Assembly (NCBI GenBank): GCA_963721455.1
Contig: CAVRJG010000015.1
Span: 96,001-160,000 of the forward strand
Length of the DNA stretch: 64,000 nt
Direction: 5' to 3'
DNA from: an uncultured Methanosarcinaceae archaeon
GTDB taxonomy: Archaea; Halobacteriota; Methanosarcinia; Methanosarcinales; Methanosarcinaceae
The notes beneath the pieces are model-generated. The model saw only the letters and a list, made by a program, of their open reading frames with translations. It was not told where the DNA came from and ran no database searches. Position numbers and translations under genes: made by a program. This document shows, piece by piece, positions 1-10,701 of the stretch. Each line of letters opens with the position of its first letter. Position 1 is the first letter of the stretch.

Positions 1-771
1 ACAAAAACCCGCATCCAGGCTTTCGGGCCGCAGAAATGCCCTGAAGTCCTGCGGATGCAGTTTGAGAAAAGGGATTTTCTCTCTGCCGTGGCAGATGCAA
101 AGGCAGACGGGCGGGTGCCTGTAATTGCGGAGGTCAAGCCCGCATCGCCAGGGAGAACTTTCAGGGACATCCCGCCTGCAACGGCTGCGGAGCTTGCATG
201 GGAAATGGAAGAAGCCGGAGCTGTTGCAGTTTCGGTTCTTACAGAGCCAGGGGTGTTTAGGGGTTCGCTTGAAAATCTGGATGCGGTCAGAAAAGCCGTA
301 TGCCTGCCCGTCCTCAGGAAAGATTTCATTATTGACAGGATGCAGCTTGAGGAAGCAGAAAGCGATCTTGTGCTACTGATTGCAGGCATCCTCGGGGAAG
401 AACTGGATGCCTTTGTCGAGCTTGCCCTTGAAAAGGGATTTGAGCCTGTGGTTGAGGTTCACAACAGGAAAGAACTTTATTCTGCCCTTGAAACCGGAAC
501 AAGAGTTATAGGGATTAACAACAGGGACTTTGAGACTCTTAAAATCAACCTCAGAACCACAGAGGAACTGGCACCTCTCATCCGGGAATATGACCTCGAC
601 CACGGAACCAGGCATCTTATAATAAGTGAGAGCGGGATGAACAGCGCCGGGGATGTCAGGCGGGTAATCCAGTCAGGGGCGGACGCCGTGCTGATAGGAT
701 CCGCACTTATGGAAAGTGATTCTGTTTTTGAGAAAACGAAAGAATTCGTCCAGAGCATTTGCTGGCGTTAA
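1..771 (+). CDS. trpC: Indole-3-glycerol phosphate synthase (probably 5'-partial; frame is open from window start)
   Basis: VIAEVKPASP, SVLTE, LRKDFII, GINNRD, ISESG, AVLIGSALM motifs; first gene of the trp cluster. Confidence 0.96.
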   Translation, partial: TKTRIQAFGPQKCPEVLRMQFEKRDFLSAVADAKADGRVPVIAEVKPASPGRTFRDIPPATAAELAWEMEEAGAVAVSVLTEPGVFRGSLENLDAVRKAVCLPVLRKDFIIDRMQLEEAESDLVLLIAGILGEELDAFVELALEKGFEPVVEVHNRKELYSALETGTRVIGINNRDFETLKINLRTTEELAPLIREYDLDHGTRHLIISESGMNSAGDVRRVIQSGADAVLIGSALMESDSVFEKTKEFVQSICWR

Positions 772-988
772 TAACTGTTTTTCCAGAGTTTTCGGAGCTT
801 TCAGCCTGCCGGAATTAAGGTTGAAAAATCCGCCTCAGCTTAAAAATCCATTTCAAAACTAAATTTTGCTTCAATCAAGATATCACAAATCAAGATACTG
901 GAAATCACGAGATCCAAAATCAGGATACCAGATACGGTATCAAAAATTACGCTATCGGATTACATCAAAAGACAAAGGAGTAATCGAA

Positions 989-2269
989 TTGACAGGAACT
1001 AAAACTTCAGAACTTCAGACAAAGGATTCGTACTTAAATGAACTTGCAGGTTCGAAGGAAGGCTCAGAAACCGGCAGGACAACCCAGATAAAAGGAAAAT
1101 ATGGAAAATACGGGGGGCAGTACGTACCCGAAGTCCTCATGCCGGCCTTAGAAGAACTGGAAGAGGGATACGAGCGGTATAAAAACGACCCTGAATTCCT
1201 CGCAGAACTTGACAATTACCTGCGGGACTTTGCAGGCAGAGAGACACCCCTCTATTTTGCCCGGAACCTGAGCAAAAAATACGGATCAAAAATCTACCTT
1301 AAACGGGAAGATCTCGTGCACGGAGGAGCCCACAAGTTAAACAATGCCATAGGGCAGGCCCTTCTTGCAAAATACATGGGGAAAACCAGGTTGATTGCCG
1401 AAACCGGTGCAGGACAGCACGGGACTGCAACAGCTATGGCAGGGGCGAATCTCGGATTTGAAACCGTTGTGTACATGGGTGCCAAAGATATCAGGCGCCA
1501 GCAGATGAACGCGTACCGCATGGAACTCATGGGCACCGAGGTAAAAGCCGTGGAGACCGGCTCAAAAACCCTTAAGGACGCCATTAACGAGGCTTTCAGG
1601 GACTGGGTCACGAACATAGGAAACACCCATTACCTTATAGGTTCGGTTGTGGGCCCCCATCCCTATCCTGTGATAGTCAGGGATTTTCAGAGCGTTATCG
1701 GGCGCGAGGTAAAGGAGCAGATTTTGCAAAAAGAAGGACGTATGCCTGATTCAATTATTGCCTGTGCTGGCGGCGGGAGCAATGCAATGGGGATTTTCCA
1801 TCCCTTTGTCGAGGATAAAGAGGTCAAACTTGTTGCTGTTGAAGCCGGGGGAAAAGCCCTGAAATGTACGGAAAAAGCAGCCCTTCACTCAGCCAGTCTC
1901 TGCGCAGGAGAAGAAGGAATCCTGCACGGGGCCAGGACAAAGGTACTGCAGGACAAAGACGGGCAGATCCTCGAATCCGAATCAATTTCTGCAGGGCTTG
2001 ACTACTCAGGGGTAGGGCCTGAACTGGCTTACCTGGCCGAAAGCGGAAGAGTAACAGCCCGCTACGTTACTGACGATCAGGCCCTTGAAGCTTTCCACGA
2101 ATTGAGCAGGCTTGAAGGAATTATTCCTGCTCTGGAATCTTCCCATGCTCTTGCCTACCTGAAGAAAGCGTCGGAAGCCGGGGAACTGGAAGAGGTAGTA
2201 GTCGTAAACCTTTCCGGAAGAGGGGATAAAGACCTGGAAACTGTCCTGAAGCTGAGGGGAGGAATCTGA
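989..2269 (+). CDS. trpB: Tryptophan synthase beta chain
   Basis: [13 protein letters not shown] (PLP Lys), [23 protein letters not shown]; start moved to TTG 989 behind an AGGAG RBS. Confidence 0.97.
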   Translation: MTGTKTSELQTKDSYLNELAGSKEGSETGRTTQIKGKYGKYGGQYVPEVLMPALEELEEGYERYKNDPEFLAELDNYLRDFAGRETPLYFARNLSKKYGSKIYLKREDLVHGGAHKLNNAIGQALLAKYMGKTRLIAETGAGQHGTATAMAGANLGFETVVYMGAKDIRRQQMNAYRMELMGTEVKAVETGSKTLKDAINEAFRDWVTNIGNTHYLIGSVVGPHPYPVIVRDFQSVIGREVKEQILQKEGRMPDSIIACAGGGSNAMGIFHPFVEDKEVKLVAVEAGGKALKCTEKAALHSASLCAGEEGILHGARTKVLQDKDGQILESESISAGLDYSGVGPELAYLAESGRVTARYVTDDQALEAFHELSRLEGIIPALESSHALAYLKKASEAGELEEVVVVNLSGRGDKDLETVLKLRGGI

Positions 2270-2270
2270 G

Positions 2271-3062
2271 ATGATAAGGCAAAAAATCTCAGAGAAATTC
2301 GGCGAACTGAGAGAGAAAAAGGAAGGAGCTCTTATCTGCTACGTAATGGCAGGAGACCCCTCTGCACAGGCAACAGGCGAGATTGTAAAGGCTCTGGCAG
2401 ACGGAGGTGCGGATATCATCGAACTCGGTTTCCCATTTTCAGATCCCGTCGCGGACGGCCCGACCATCCAGGCAGCAGGCCAGCGGTCACTTGCAGCCGG
2501 CATGGATACTCAACGTTATTTTGAGCTCGTTAAAGCCCTTGACGTCCGGGTTCCCCTTGTGTGCATGACCTATTACAACCCTGTATTCAGGTACGGAGTG
2601 GAAAAATTTGTAGAACGGGCTGCAGACTCCGGGATCAGCGGATTGATCATACCCGATATCCCGGTAGAAGAAGCGTCTGAACTGAAAAACAGCTGCGAAA
2701 AGCACGGACTTGACCTGATCTTTCTGGTCGCACCCACGACAACCGGGAAAAGGGTACGGAAGATCCTGGAAAAGAGCTCGGGTTTCCTGTACCTTGTCTC
2801 AAGGCTTGGGGTCACAGGAACCAGGGAAGATGTCTCGTCTTCTACTAAAGAGCTGCTTTCCAGAGTAGAAACCGGACTTCCAAAGGCAGTTGGATTCGGG
2901 ATATCCACGGGAAAGCAGGCTGCAGAAGTCAGAAATGCAGGGGCGGACGCTGTCATAGTCGGCTCGGCTTTTGTCAGGGTTATTGAAGATGGAAAAGAAG
3001 TAAACGAAAAGCTGGAAGCCCTTGCAAGAGAACTCAAGTCCGGCATGCTGAAAGCCAGTTAA
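2271..3062 (+). CDS. trpA: Tryptophan synthase alpha chain
   Basis: ELGFPFSDPVADGPTIQ, MTYYNP, VGFGIS motifs. Confidence 0.97.
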   Translation: MIRQKISEKFGELREKKEGALICYVMAGDPSAQATGEIVKALADGGADIIELGFPFSDPVADGPTIQAAGQRSLAAGMDTQRYFELVKALDVRVPLVCMTYYNPVFRYGVEKFVERAADSGISGLIIPDIPVEEASELKNSCEKHGLDLIFLVAPTTTGKRVRKILEKSSGFLYLVSRLGVTGTREDVSSSTKELLSRVETGLPKAVGFGISTGKQAAEVRNAGADAVIVGSAFVRVIEDGKEVNEKLEALARELKSGMLKAS

Positions 3063-3203
3063 AGGGGAAAAAGACAGGGAAAAAGAGGGGTCGAAAGGCC
3101 GGTAAATCAAAAACGCTAGCACCAGCGGAAGATTTTGAAACAAATCGCAAAGGGAGAAAAGGAGAAAAGGAGAAAATTGGGGTCTAAAAGGAGGAAGAAG
3201 AAA

Positions 3204-4304
3204 ATGCAGAGATACATTAAAAAGCTGGAAGAAGGCCGGGATCTGAGTTCCGAAGAAGCTGAAGCTGCAGTAGGCAAGATTCTGAGCACTGCATGCGATG
3301 AGGAAATCGGGGCATTTCTGCTTGCCCTGAGGGCAAAAGGTGAAAAGCCCGAAGAAATTGCAGGCTTTGTGAGGGGAATGAAGAAAGCCGCTAATACGAT
3401 CAGGCCCAGAACACCTTTCAGGCTTGTGGATACCTGCGGGACAGGGGGAGACGGCCTTAACACCATTAATGTTTCAACAGCAGCAGCAATCGTGACTGCA
3501 GCAGCGGGCGTGCCTGTAGCCAAGCACGGGAACAGGGCTGTCACCTCAATGTCAGGGAGTTCGGATGTGCTTGAAGCTCTGGGAATCAAAGTTGACCTGG
3601 CGCCAGAACATGTCAGGAAAACGATAGAAGAGATAGGAATAGGGTTCATGTTTGCTCCGGTCTTCCACCCGGCTATGAAGAGGGTTGCAGGGGTCAGAAA
3701 AAAACTCGGTGTCCGTACGGTTTTTAATATTCTGGGGCCCCTGACCAACCCGGCAGGGGCTAAAGGGCAGGTTATAGGGGTTTTTGATAAAAGGCTCTGC
3801 GAACCGATAGCTTTTGCCCTTGCGGAACTAGGAACCGAACATGCCCTTGTAGTGCATGGGGACGGGATGGATGAGATCTCAAACATAGGTGAGACCTATG
3901 TTGCGGAGCTGAAAAACGGAAAGGTTTCAACCTATATCCTGACCCCTGAGTCCCTGGGTATTCTGAGGGCAAGCCCCGAAGATATTACGGGCGGTTCCCC
4001 GAAAGAAAATGCCAGGGATCTGCTGTGTATTTTCAAGGGCCAGAAAGGCCCAAAAAGGGACCTTGTAGTTATGAATGCAGCAGCAGCCCTTTATGTGAGC
4101 GGAATAGTGGGCTCTATCAGGCAGGCAATCCCTATTGCGGAGGATGCCATTGACAGCGGAAAGGTCATGGTTAAATTCAACCAGTTCAGGACTTTTACTT
4201 CGGGGTTTCACAAGCAGAACAATAAGGGCACTTTTCAGGAAAAAGGAGTTCTGGTACCTTCCAAAACTCCCATATTAAGCCCGGCATCTGGGGAGAGGGC
4301 ATGA
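3204..4304 (+). CDS. trpD: Anthranilate phosphoribosyltransferase
   Basis: DTCGTGGDG, NVST, KHGNR, FNILGPLTNP; ATG 3204 after AGGAGG. Confidence 0.96.
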   Translation: MQRYIKKLEEGRDLSSEEAEAAVGKILSTACDEEIGAFLLALRAKGEKPEEIAGFVRGMKKAANTIRPRTPFRLVDTCGTGGDGLNTINVSTAAAIVTAAAGVPVAKHGNRAVTSMSGSSDVLEALGIKVDLAPEHVRKTIEEIGIGFMFAPVFHPAMKRVAGVRKKLGVRTVFNILGPLTNPAGAKGQVIGVFDKRLCEPIAFALAELGTEHALVVHGDGMDEISNIGETYVAELKNGKVSTYILTPESLGILRASPEDITGGSPKENARDLLCIFKGQKGPKRDLVVMNAAAALYVSGIVGSIRQAIPIAEDAIDSGKVMVKFNQFRTFTSGFHKQNNKGTFQEKGVLVPSKTPILSPASGERA

Positions 4305-5017
4305 CAGCGAAATTAAAAACAAGAACAAAAATCTGCGGGATCCGCAGCCCTGAAGAAATAGAACTCGCAGCCCTTTATGGAGCCGATGCAGTTGGCTTTA
4401 TTACGGACATCCCTTTCGAGAGCCCGAGAAAGCTTGATTCGGACACTGCTGCTTATCTTGTCTCCGAAGTTCCCAGAAGCCTGAGTTCCGTACTCGTTAT
4501 TATGCCTGAAAACTCTGTCAGTGCCCTGGAACTAATTGAAAAAATAAGGCCCGATATCGTGCAAATCCATTCCATGCTGCCCCTTCTGGAACTTGAAATA
4601 ATAAAAGAAAAAACGGACATACCTATCATAAAAACCCTATCTGTGCCTGCACAGGGGGAAGCTTCAGGAAAAAAAACCGAGAACACTGCTCTTATTTCCG
4701 ACCTGCTCAAAAAGGTCAGCCTTCTGGAAGAAGCAGACATTATAGACTCCATCCTGCTCGATACCGGAAAGTCCGGAAAGCCCGGAGGAACCGGCTGTGT
4801 GCACGACTGGACCCTTAGCCGGCGAATTTCAGAGGAAACCAGGCTTCCCCTGATCCTTGCAGGCGGTCTCAAGCCCGAAAATGTTCAGGAAGCTATCAGG
4901 GCTGTTTCCCCTTATGCTGTGGACACGGCTTCTGGAGTGGAGACCTGCGGAAAAAAAGATGCCCTGAAAATTAAAAGTTTTATTGAAGAAGTGAGGTGTG
5001 CCAATGCTTTCCTTTGA
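4301..5017 (+). CDS. trpF: Phosphoribosylanthranilate isomerase
   Basis: KICGI, GGTG, LILAGGLKPENV, AVDTASGVE; ATGA overlap with trpD. Confidence 0.95.
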   Translation: MTAKLKTRTKICGIRSPEEIELAALYGADAVGFITDIPFESPRKLDSDTAAYLVSEVPRSLSSVLVIMPENSVSALELIEKIRPDIVQIHSMLPLLELEIIKEKTDIPIIKTLSVPAQGEASGKKTENTALISDLLKKVSLLEEADIIDSILLDTGKSGKPGGTGCVHDWTLSRRISEETRLPLILAGGLKPENVQEAIRAVSPYAVDTASGVETCGKKDALKIKSFIEEVRCANAFL

Positions 5018-6683
5018 CCTTGGAAAAGAAGAATTCAAAGCGCTTGCGTCGGGGATAAAGCAGCCAGGCCTTATCCAGCTCCTTGCAAGAGTTGATACAG
5101 GCTCTCCTGCCTGTTCTCCTCTTGAACTTTATCGTGCCTTGCGAAACTCAGGGACTTCAGGCTATTCTTATCTTCTAGAGTCCGTAGAAAAACAGGAAAG
5201 TAGGGCAAGGTACTCATTTGTCGGAAACGACCCTGATGCCGTCCTCAAAATAAGTGACCGAAGAATTTCCCTTGAGCTCCTGAACCCGAAAGCCTCAGTT
5301 CTTTTCGAATCTATTTGCTCAAAAATGGAGGAGGTCTGCGGGCCCGAAAACGTAAAAAGAGAAAATCCGGGGATAGAGGAGCCAAAGCTGAAAAACCGAC
5401 AGTTTACGGCTGTAATTCCTAAGGGAAAAGATGTATTTGATGCCCTTCGCCTGGCTTTTCCTCCTGCAAACGGGATGGAACTCTTAAACGCAAAACGTTT
5501 TGATAGGCAGACTTTCCTGGGGGGAGCTATAGGCTATACAGCTTATGATGCAATCTATGACAGCTGGCTCGGGGTTGAAAAAGGCTTTGAGTCCGAAATT
5601 CCCGAACTTCAGTATCTACTGGTCTCAAAAACTTTTGTGTTCGATCATCTGACTGATGAGATCTATATAGCGGTCACTCCCCTCGTAAATCCTGGTTCGG
5701 ATGCCGGAACTCTGTATGAAAAGGCTCTTCTTGAGGCAGAAAGACTTTGCTCCACACTTAAGGAAACTGCCCTGTATGAAGATTCGATAGAAGCAGTAGT
5801 TTCAGACTCATCTAAGACCTCAAATACATCTATTGATTCGGTTTCAACTGCCTCAGGCTCACCCACTTCAATCTGCACCGGCAGACAGAAATTTGAGGAT
5901 TCCGTAGTCCAGGCAAAAGAGCACATTTTTGCAGGGGACATATTCCAGGCAGTCCTTTCCAGGAAATGCGAATTCAGCCTTGAACAATCTCCTTTCGAAC
6001 TCTATATGCAGCTTCGGGCAATCAATCCAAGCCCTTACATGTATATCTTTGAGTTTGGAGACCTGGCAATTGTCGGGGCAAGCCCTGAGACCCTGCTGAC
6101 TGTCCACAAAAGAACTGTGATCATAAACCCGATTGCAGGCACCTGCCCCCGTGGAAAATCCGAAGAAGAAGATGAAACCTTTGCTTCACATATGATGCAT
6201 GATGAAAAAGAAAGGGCTGAACATGTAATGCTTGTTGACCTCGGGAGAAACGATGTAAGGATGGTCACGGAAAGCGGCTCTGTAAAGGTTTCCGAATTCA
6301 TGAAAGTCCTGAAGTATTCCCATGTTCAGCATATAGAAAGTACGGTTTCAGGGACCCTGAGGCCTGAGTGCGACCAGTTCGATGCATTCAGGGCAGTATT
6401 TCCTGCAGGGACGCTCTCTGGAGCTCCGAAAATCCGTGCCATGGAGATTATCTCCGAACTTGAAGCCTTTCCAAGAGGGATTTACGGCGGGGGAGTCGGG
6501 TATTACAGCTGGAACGGGGACGCGGATTTTGCGATCGTGATTCGGACCGTCATTGTACAGGGCAAGAAAGCGTCAGTGCAGGCAGGGGCAGGAATCGTAG
6601 CTGATTCCGATCCGGGATATGAATTCCGGGAAACTGAGCGCAAGATGGCAGCAATGCTTGTGGCTATCGGCGGAGAGCTTTGA
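5004..6683 (+). CDS. trpE: Anthranilate synthase component I
   Basis: LLESVE, NPSPYM, GASPE, PIAGT, EHVMLVDLGRND, FPAGTLSGAPK; ATG 5004 after GAGGTG. Confidence 0.96.
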   Translation: MLSFDLGKEEFKALASGIKQPGLIQLLARVDTGSPACSPLELYRALRNSGTSGYSYLLESVEKQESRARYSFVGNDPDAVLKISDRRISLELLNPKASVLFESICSKMEEVCGPENVKRENPGIEEPKLKNRQFTAVIPKGKDVFDALRLAFPPANGMELLNAKRFDRQTFLGGAIGYTAYDAIYDSWLGVEKGFESEIPELQYLLVSKTFVFDHLTDEIYIAVTPLVNPGSDAGTLYEKALLEAERLCSTLKETALYEDSIEAVVSDSSKTSNTSIDSVSTASGSPTSICTGRQKFEDSVVQAKEHIFAGDIFQAVLSRKCEFSLEQSPFELYMQLRAINPSPYMYIFEFGDLAIVGASPETLLTVHKRTVIINPIAGTCPRGKSEEEDETFASHMMHDEKERAEHVMLVDLGRNDVRMVTESGSVKVSEFMKVLKYSHVQHIESTVSGTLRPECDQFDAFRAVFPAGTLSGAPKIRAMEIISELEAFPRGIYGGGVGYYSWNGDADFAIVIRTVIVQGKKASVQAGAGIVADSDPGYEFRETERKMAAMLVAIGGEL

Positions 6684-6862
6684 GATAAGGTTTGAAGTAA
6701 CTCTGGGATGAAATATATGAAGAAATATTTAGAGAAGGGCCTTTTAGAGAAGGAAAAGCCAGGAAAAAGAATTCCTGGAAATAAAAATTTTAAAAGGGAA
6801 AAGCAAGGAGAGAAGCAAGGAGAAAAAAGTCGGGAAGAAATAAGCTCAGGAGGTGTTTTCAG

Positions 6863-7465
6863 GTGAAGGTGGTTTTCATAAACAACAAAGATTCTTTTGT
6901 ATGGAATCTGGTAGACTATATCTCTTACTTCGAAAAAGATACTCTGATTCTTCCGAATACGGTTTCCTTAGAAGAACTCAGAGAGATAAAGCCTGATGTT
7001 CTGGTTATTTCTCCCGGGCCCGGAAACCCCTCTGACCCGAAGGATATAGGAAATTGCCTGGAAATAATCAGGGAAATGGGCAGGGAAATTCCCCTTCTGG
7101 GAGTCTGCCTCGGGCACCAGGCAATCAATGTGGCCTTCGGCGGGCTGGTCAGGAGAAGCAAGGTCGGGCCAGTACATGGGAAAAGTTCAAAGATCCTGCA
7201 TACGGAATCCGTATTGTTTTCAGCATTTGAAGGGCCATTCGAGGCAGGCCGCTACCATTCCCTTGAAATTGGCGAGCCTGCGCCCGGGATAAAAGTTACT
7301 GCCAGGGCAGAGGACGGGAGCATTATGGCAGTGGAGCATGTGCAGTACCCGATCTATGGTCTGCAGTTCCATCCCGAATCCGTGCTCACTCCCAACGGAT
7401 TAAAAATAATTGAACGTTTCCTGGAAATTTCCAGGAATTATAAAAAAAGACAGACGGCTGTTTAA
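6863..7465 (+). CDS. trpG: Anthranilate synthase component II (class I glutamine amidotransferase)
   Basis: SPGPG, GVCLGHQ, RYHSL, QFHPES. Confidence 0.96.
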   Translation: MKVVFINNKDSFVWNLVDYISYFEKDTLILPNTVSLEELREIKPDVLVISPGPGNPSDPKDIGNCLEIIREMGREIPLLGVCLGHQAINVAFGGLVRRSKVGPVHGKSSKILHTESVLFSAFEGPFEAGRYHSLEIGEPAPGIKVTARAEDGSIMAVEHVQYPIYGLQFHPESVLTPNGLKIIERFLEISRNYKKRQTAV

Positions 7466-7495
7466 ACAGCCAGAAATTTTTCCTGCTTAGCAGGC

Positions 7496-8248
7496 TCATT
7501 TTTCTTTTTTGGCAGCCTCAGTTTCAGGCTCTTGCTCCTCACTTTCTCCTTCTTCCTCGAAGAATTTCTCTTCTGTGAATTCCTCATTAGGCCTGCCTGC
7601 ATAGCCTGCGGGCTGAAGGTTCTGAAGTTCGGCATTTTCGCTTACTGTCTGTGCAATAATTTTTGGATATTTTTCTATCTGCTCCCTTGTTACGAAACCT
7701 GCTGCTTCGGAAGATTTTATAATTTTCTCCCTGGCAATTTTCGCTGCTTTGCTGAGGTCTTCAAGCTGCTGCCTGTTTGCAAGATAATCCATTTCCTCAA
7801 GAGCCAGGGTCGTCCAGAGGGTTACAACCTCCATTTTATTTGCAACAGCCCCTGACCCTATAATCTCAAGGATTTCCACCGCATTTTTTGCAGGCTCAAG
7901 CATCTGGAATTGTGCTGCTCCTTTTCCTATTTCCTGTACGGCTCTTGAAAAAGACCAGAGGGCGTCTGAGAATTTTTTCTCCAGAGCAGGTTCTGCAAGA
8001 GCTTTAAGGACATCTAAAGTCGTGACCGCAACATTTTCGATCCTTTTCTGGATGGCTTTGTTGCCGATGTTGCGGAGTGAGATTACGACTCTCTTTAAAT
8101 CCTTCTCTAGTTTTGCCTCGAGCAACTCTTCCCCGAATTCCCGGAGATACTCAACATTTTGGAGCGCATCATAGTCGTTTTGTTCTCTTATTGCTTGCTC
8201 TCCAGCAGTTCCAAGTTCAATAGCTTTTTGTTCGTTCAGTGAGAACAT
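7496..8248 (-). CDS. Uncharacterised helical 23-aa repeat protein (paralog 1 of 4) with acidic C-terminal tail
   Basis: LRNIGNKAIQKRIE, VQEIGKGAAQFQML and LEIIGSGAVANKME repeats; ATG with GGGGT RBS. Confidence 0.85.
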   Translation of the reverse strand: MFSLNEQKAIELGTAGEQAIREQNDYDALQNVEYLREFGEELLEAKLEKDLKRVVISLRNIGNKAIQKRIENVAVTTLDVLKALAEPALEKKFSDALWSFSRAVQEIGKGAAQFQMLEPAKNAVEILEIIGSGAVANKMEVVTLWTTLALEEMDYLANRQQLEDLSKAAKIAREKIIKSSEAAGFVTREQIEKYPKIIAQTVSENAELQNLQPAGYAGRPNEEFTEEKFFEEEGESEEQEPETEAAKKEK

Positions 8249-8575
8249 ATTAAAACCCCTTTCCGGTAAAATCCTGTAAAAAATGCTCGGATTTTAAGAA
8301 TTTAATTATTTATTTAGGTTTACTCTGATATTAGTCTTCCTATAATTTAAAAAATATATCGGTAACTTCAAGGCTTTTATTCCAGAAAGAGCTTTTTAAA
8401 GCCCTGAATATCAAATAAAAAGATCTTAAAAGAGTTATTTGATTGAATAATCAGTTATTTTAATTGAATAGTCAATTATAAAAAATAAATTAAAAAAGTA
8501 GAAAAATAACTTAAAAAATAAACCTGAAACTGCAACAAACACTGCCCAAAACTGACGATCATCTAAAGTAAATAG

Positions 8576-8588
8576 AAAGAGTTAAATA
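8576..8588 (+). promoter_or_regulatory. BRE/TATA-like promoter of the candidate sRNA
   Basis: Purine-rich AAAGA followed by GTTAAATA, about 25 nt upstream of the first hairpin at 8613. Confidence 0.45.
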
Positions 8589-8612
8589 CATTTCCTACAT
8601 AATATATATCAT

Positions 8613-8730
8613 ATGAGTAAAAAACTCATGCCGGAATTTTGGCATATTTTTCCTGCATGAGTACTCAACAATTAACCTCCAGGGTGGGAGGAAGGGTTAA
8701 ACTCCTTACCTTCCTCCTACCTGAATGAAC
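8613..8730 (+). ncRNA. Candidate trans-acting sRNA (5' hairpins, single-stranded anti-SD linker, strong 3' hairpin)
   Basis: ATGAGT-AAAAA-ACTCAT and ATGCC..GGCAT stems; linker AATTAACCTCC; ~15-bp stem CAGGGTGGGAGGAAGG/CCTTCCTCCTACCTG at 8680-8723. Confidence 0.55.
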
Positions 8731-9069
8731 GGTTTTCGATATTTAAATAGGAATCACAGCATATTTACTCCATTTTTAAACATGGTTAAAAGGTTTAGTA
8801 ACCTTTTTAGACCGGATTAAAAAGTTCAGCAATCAAAGGACATTTTGCTTTAAAGGAAATACTTCCACAATTTATTAAAAACTTACGGTTTGGAGCAAAA
8901 TATAAATCTTCAAAGAATAATTGAGAATTTATTGAAATCTTTTAAGCAAGGTTTCCCTAACACACATTATAATCTTCTTTTTAAAGTTAGAAAAATATGA
9001 AAATAAGCATAATGATGGACAAGTAGAATTACAGATAGAACTATTGCATCGATTCCATATATCCTCAAT

Positions 9070-9138
9070 AAACCACGGATAAACACAGATGAACACAGTT
9101 GGGTTCAATTTGTGTTTATCTGTTTCCATCTATGGTTT
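9070..9138. repeat. Long imperfect palindrome (REP/MITE-like)
   Basis: AAACCACGGAT..ACAGATGAACACA pairs with TGTGTTTATCTGT..ATCTATGGTTT. Confidence 0.65.
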
Positions 9139-9269
9139 TTTATGGGAAACTCATTGATAAGTGCTGATTTCAAAGTCCAGTTTTATTTCCATAATTTGGT
9201 ATCGATACACTATAATTATAAAAGAAAATATTGATTCGAAAAAAAGCTATATAATAGCTCTTCCTGAAT

Positions 9270-10154
9270 TTAGAGAGTAGAATTAATTTTTTTCTGAAGG
9301 TCTTTTATTTCCTGGAATTTTCCCGCTTTTTCTTCGGAATCCGTACATCCTGTATCTTTGAAACTATCGAGAGCCAGTTCCGCCACAATGGAAGAGTTAC
9401 TTAAAAGATTTTCCTCAGCCTGAACTCGTAAGGTCTCAAGTGCCCACTGGCACAGCAGAACAGCCTCGTGAAGTCCTTTCTTTAAAGATACTTTTCCTAT
9501 TTCTTCTATGGAAAGCGCTGTTGAACTGAGGGCTTCGTCGAAGTATCTTTCTACCGCAAGCTTGCCTATTTCCTCAAGCAGGATAAGGGTACTGATAGTT
9601 TCAAGTTCAAAGCTTTCTGCTGCTGCCTTTTTCCCGATTTCTCCCAGACATGTTGCTGCATTGAGCACAGTCTCTTCAGTACCATGCCTGGCAGCAGCAG
9701 ACCCAATCTCTTTAATGAGTAAAGAAACGGCGATAGTCTGTTCCTGATTCCACTTTTGTGGAGAAGAGTTCCAGATCTCCATCAGGATCGTAGCAGCGAC
9801 CTTTGAGCCGGTTTCAAGGGAATGTGCAGCCGCAGCTCTTCCCAATCTTCCCGTTGCTATAAAGGCCTTGATCAAAGCGGATCCAAGTCCCTTTTCTGCT
9901 GCTGTCCTTGCAAGTTTCCCGAGGGACAGGGCGGAATTGATGACAACAAGCTCCATTTCTCTTTCTGCAGCCGCCTGTGCGATATTCTCGATTGACAGGA
10001 TAACTCTCTCAGCGTCTGCCTCTTCGTTTTCAGAGAGAAAGCCTGCCGCAATCCCTGTAAGGGAGTCCAGGGCCTGAAAGACTCTGCTCTCATCTATTTC
10101 CTCAACTGCAGACAAACTTATCTCAACTGCCTCTGCCTCATTTAATGTGATCAT
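9270..10154 (-). CDS. Uncharacterised helical 23-aa repeat protein (paralog 2 of 4)
   Basis: LGKLARTAAEKGL, IKEIGSAAARHGTE, LGEIGKKAAAESFE, LEEIGKLAVERYFD, IEEIGKVSLKKGLH at 23-aa periodicity. Confidence 0.87.
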   Translation of the reverse strand: MITLNEAEAVEISLSAVEEIDESRVFQALDSLTGIAAGFLSENEEADAERVILSIENIAQAAAEREMELVVINSALSLGKLARTAAEKGLGSALIKAFIATGRLGRAAAAHSLETGSKVAATILMEIWNSSPQKWNQEQTIAVSLLIKEIGSAAARHGTEETVLNAATCLGEIGKKAAAESFELETISTLILLEEIGKLAVERYFDEALSSTALSIEEIGKVSLKKGLHEAVLLCQWALETLRVQAEENLLSNSSIVAELALDSFKDTGCTDSEEKAGKFQEIKDLQKKINSTL

Positions 10155-10650
10155 TCTTCTTTCCCCTTTTTATTGGTCGTAGTAACACATCAAGTTTCAA
10201 GTTTTTACCTGCACATTTGCAATTGCTGTCTGCACGTTTTATTTACGCGCTATCGGTTTCAGATTTTATCAATTTCAGCCTGTAATATACAGGATTGACC
10301 TGCATAAAAAATATGGTCTGGCATACTCTATGAAGTTACGGTATTATTAGTGTTACTATTTTGTAAAGGAGGCAGTTCATCGAACAGACATTACCCGTTT
10401 TTGTTGTAACTTAAATCGGCGGTTTGAAACCGGTCCTGAACCTGGAAAAGTGTTTTTAGAGGGAAACAGAATAGAATAAGTAAGAAAAATACCTTTCTGA
10501 AAAGAAGTAAAGGAAAATAAAATTTTTAAAGCAAGCGCTGAGTAAAACCTTCAGGACAAAAAGAGAGCCAGGTTTTTTCAAGAGGCAACTGGTGTGCCTG
10601 TCTCCCTTGTTGCTATTTAAAAGACTCCATGTCTTTTGCGGAGGTCACAG

Positions 10651-10701
10651 ATGAAAACGCAGCCGAAATTCAGCCCAGACCCGAACTGGATCTCAGTCTG
10701 A
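10651..10701 (+). CDS. Candidate 16-aa small protein MKTQPKFSPDPNWISV
   Basis: GGAGGT RBS 5 nt before ATG; TATTTAAA box at 10614. Confidence 0.3.
   Translation: MKTQPKFSPDPNWISV

Noticed and set aside
866-988. 41-aa N-terminal extension of trpB with ~15-nt degenerate repeats; possible attenuator or leader
   Set aside because: The RBS supports TTG 989; the region is internal to the operon and has no Trp-codon run, so it looks like low-complexity spacer.
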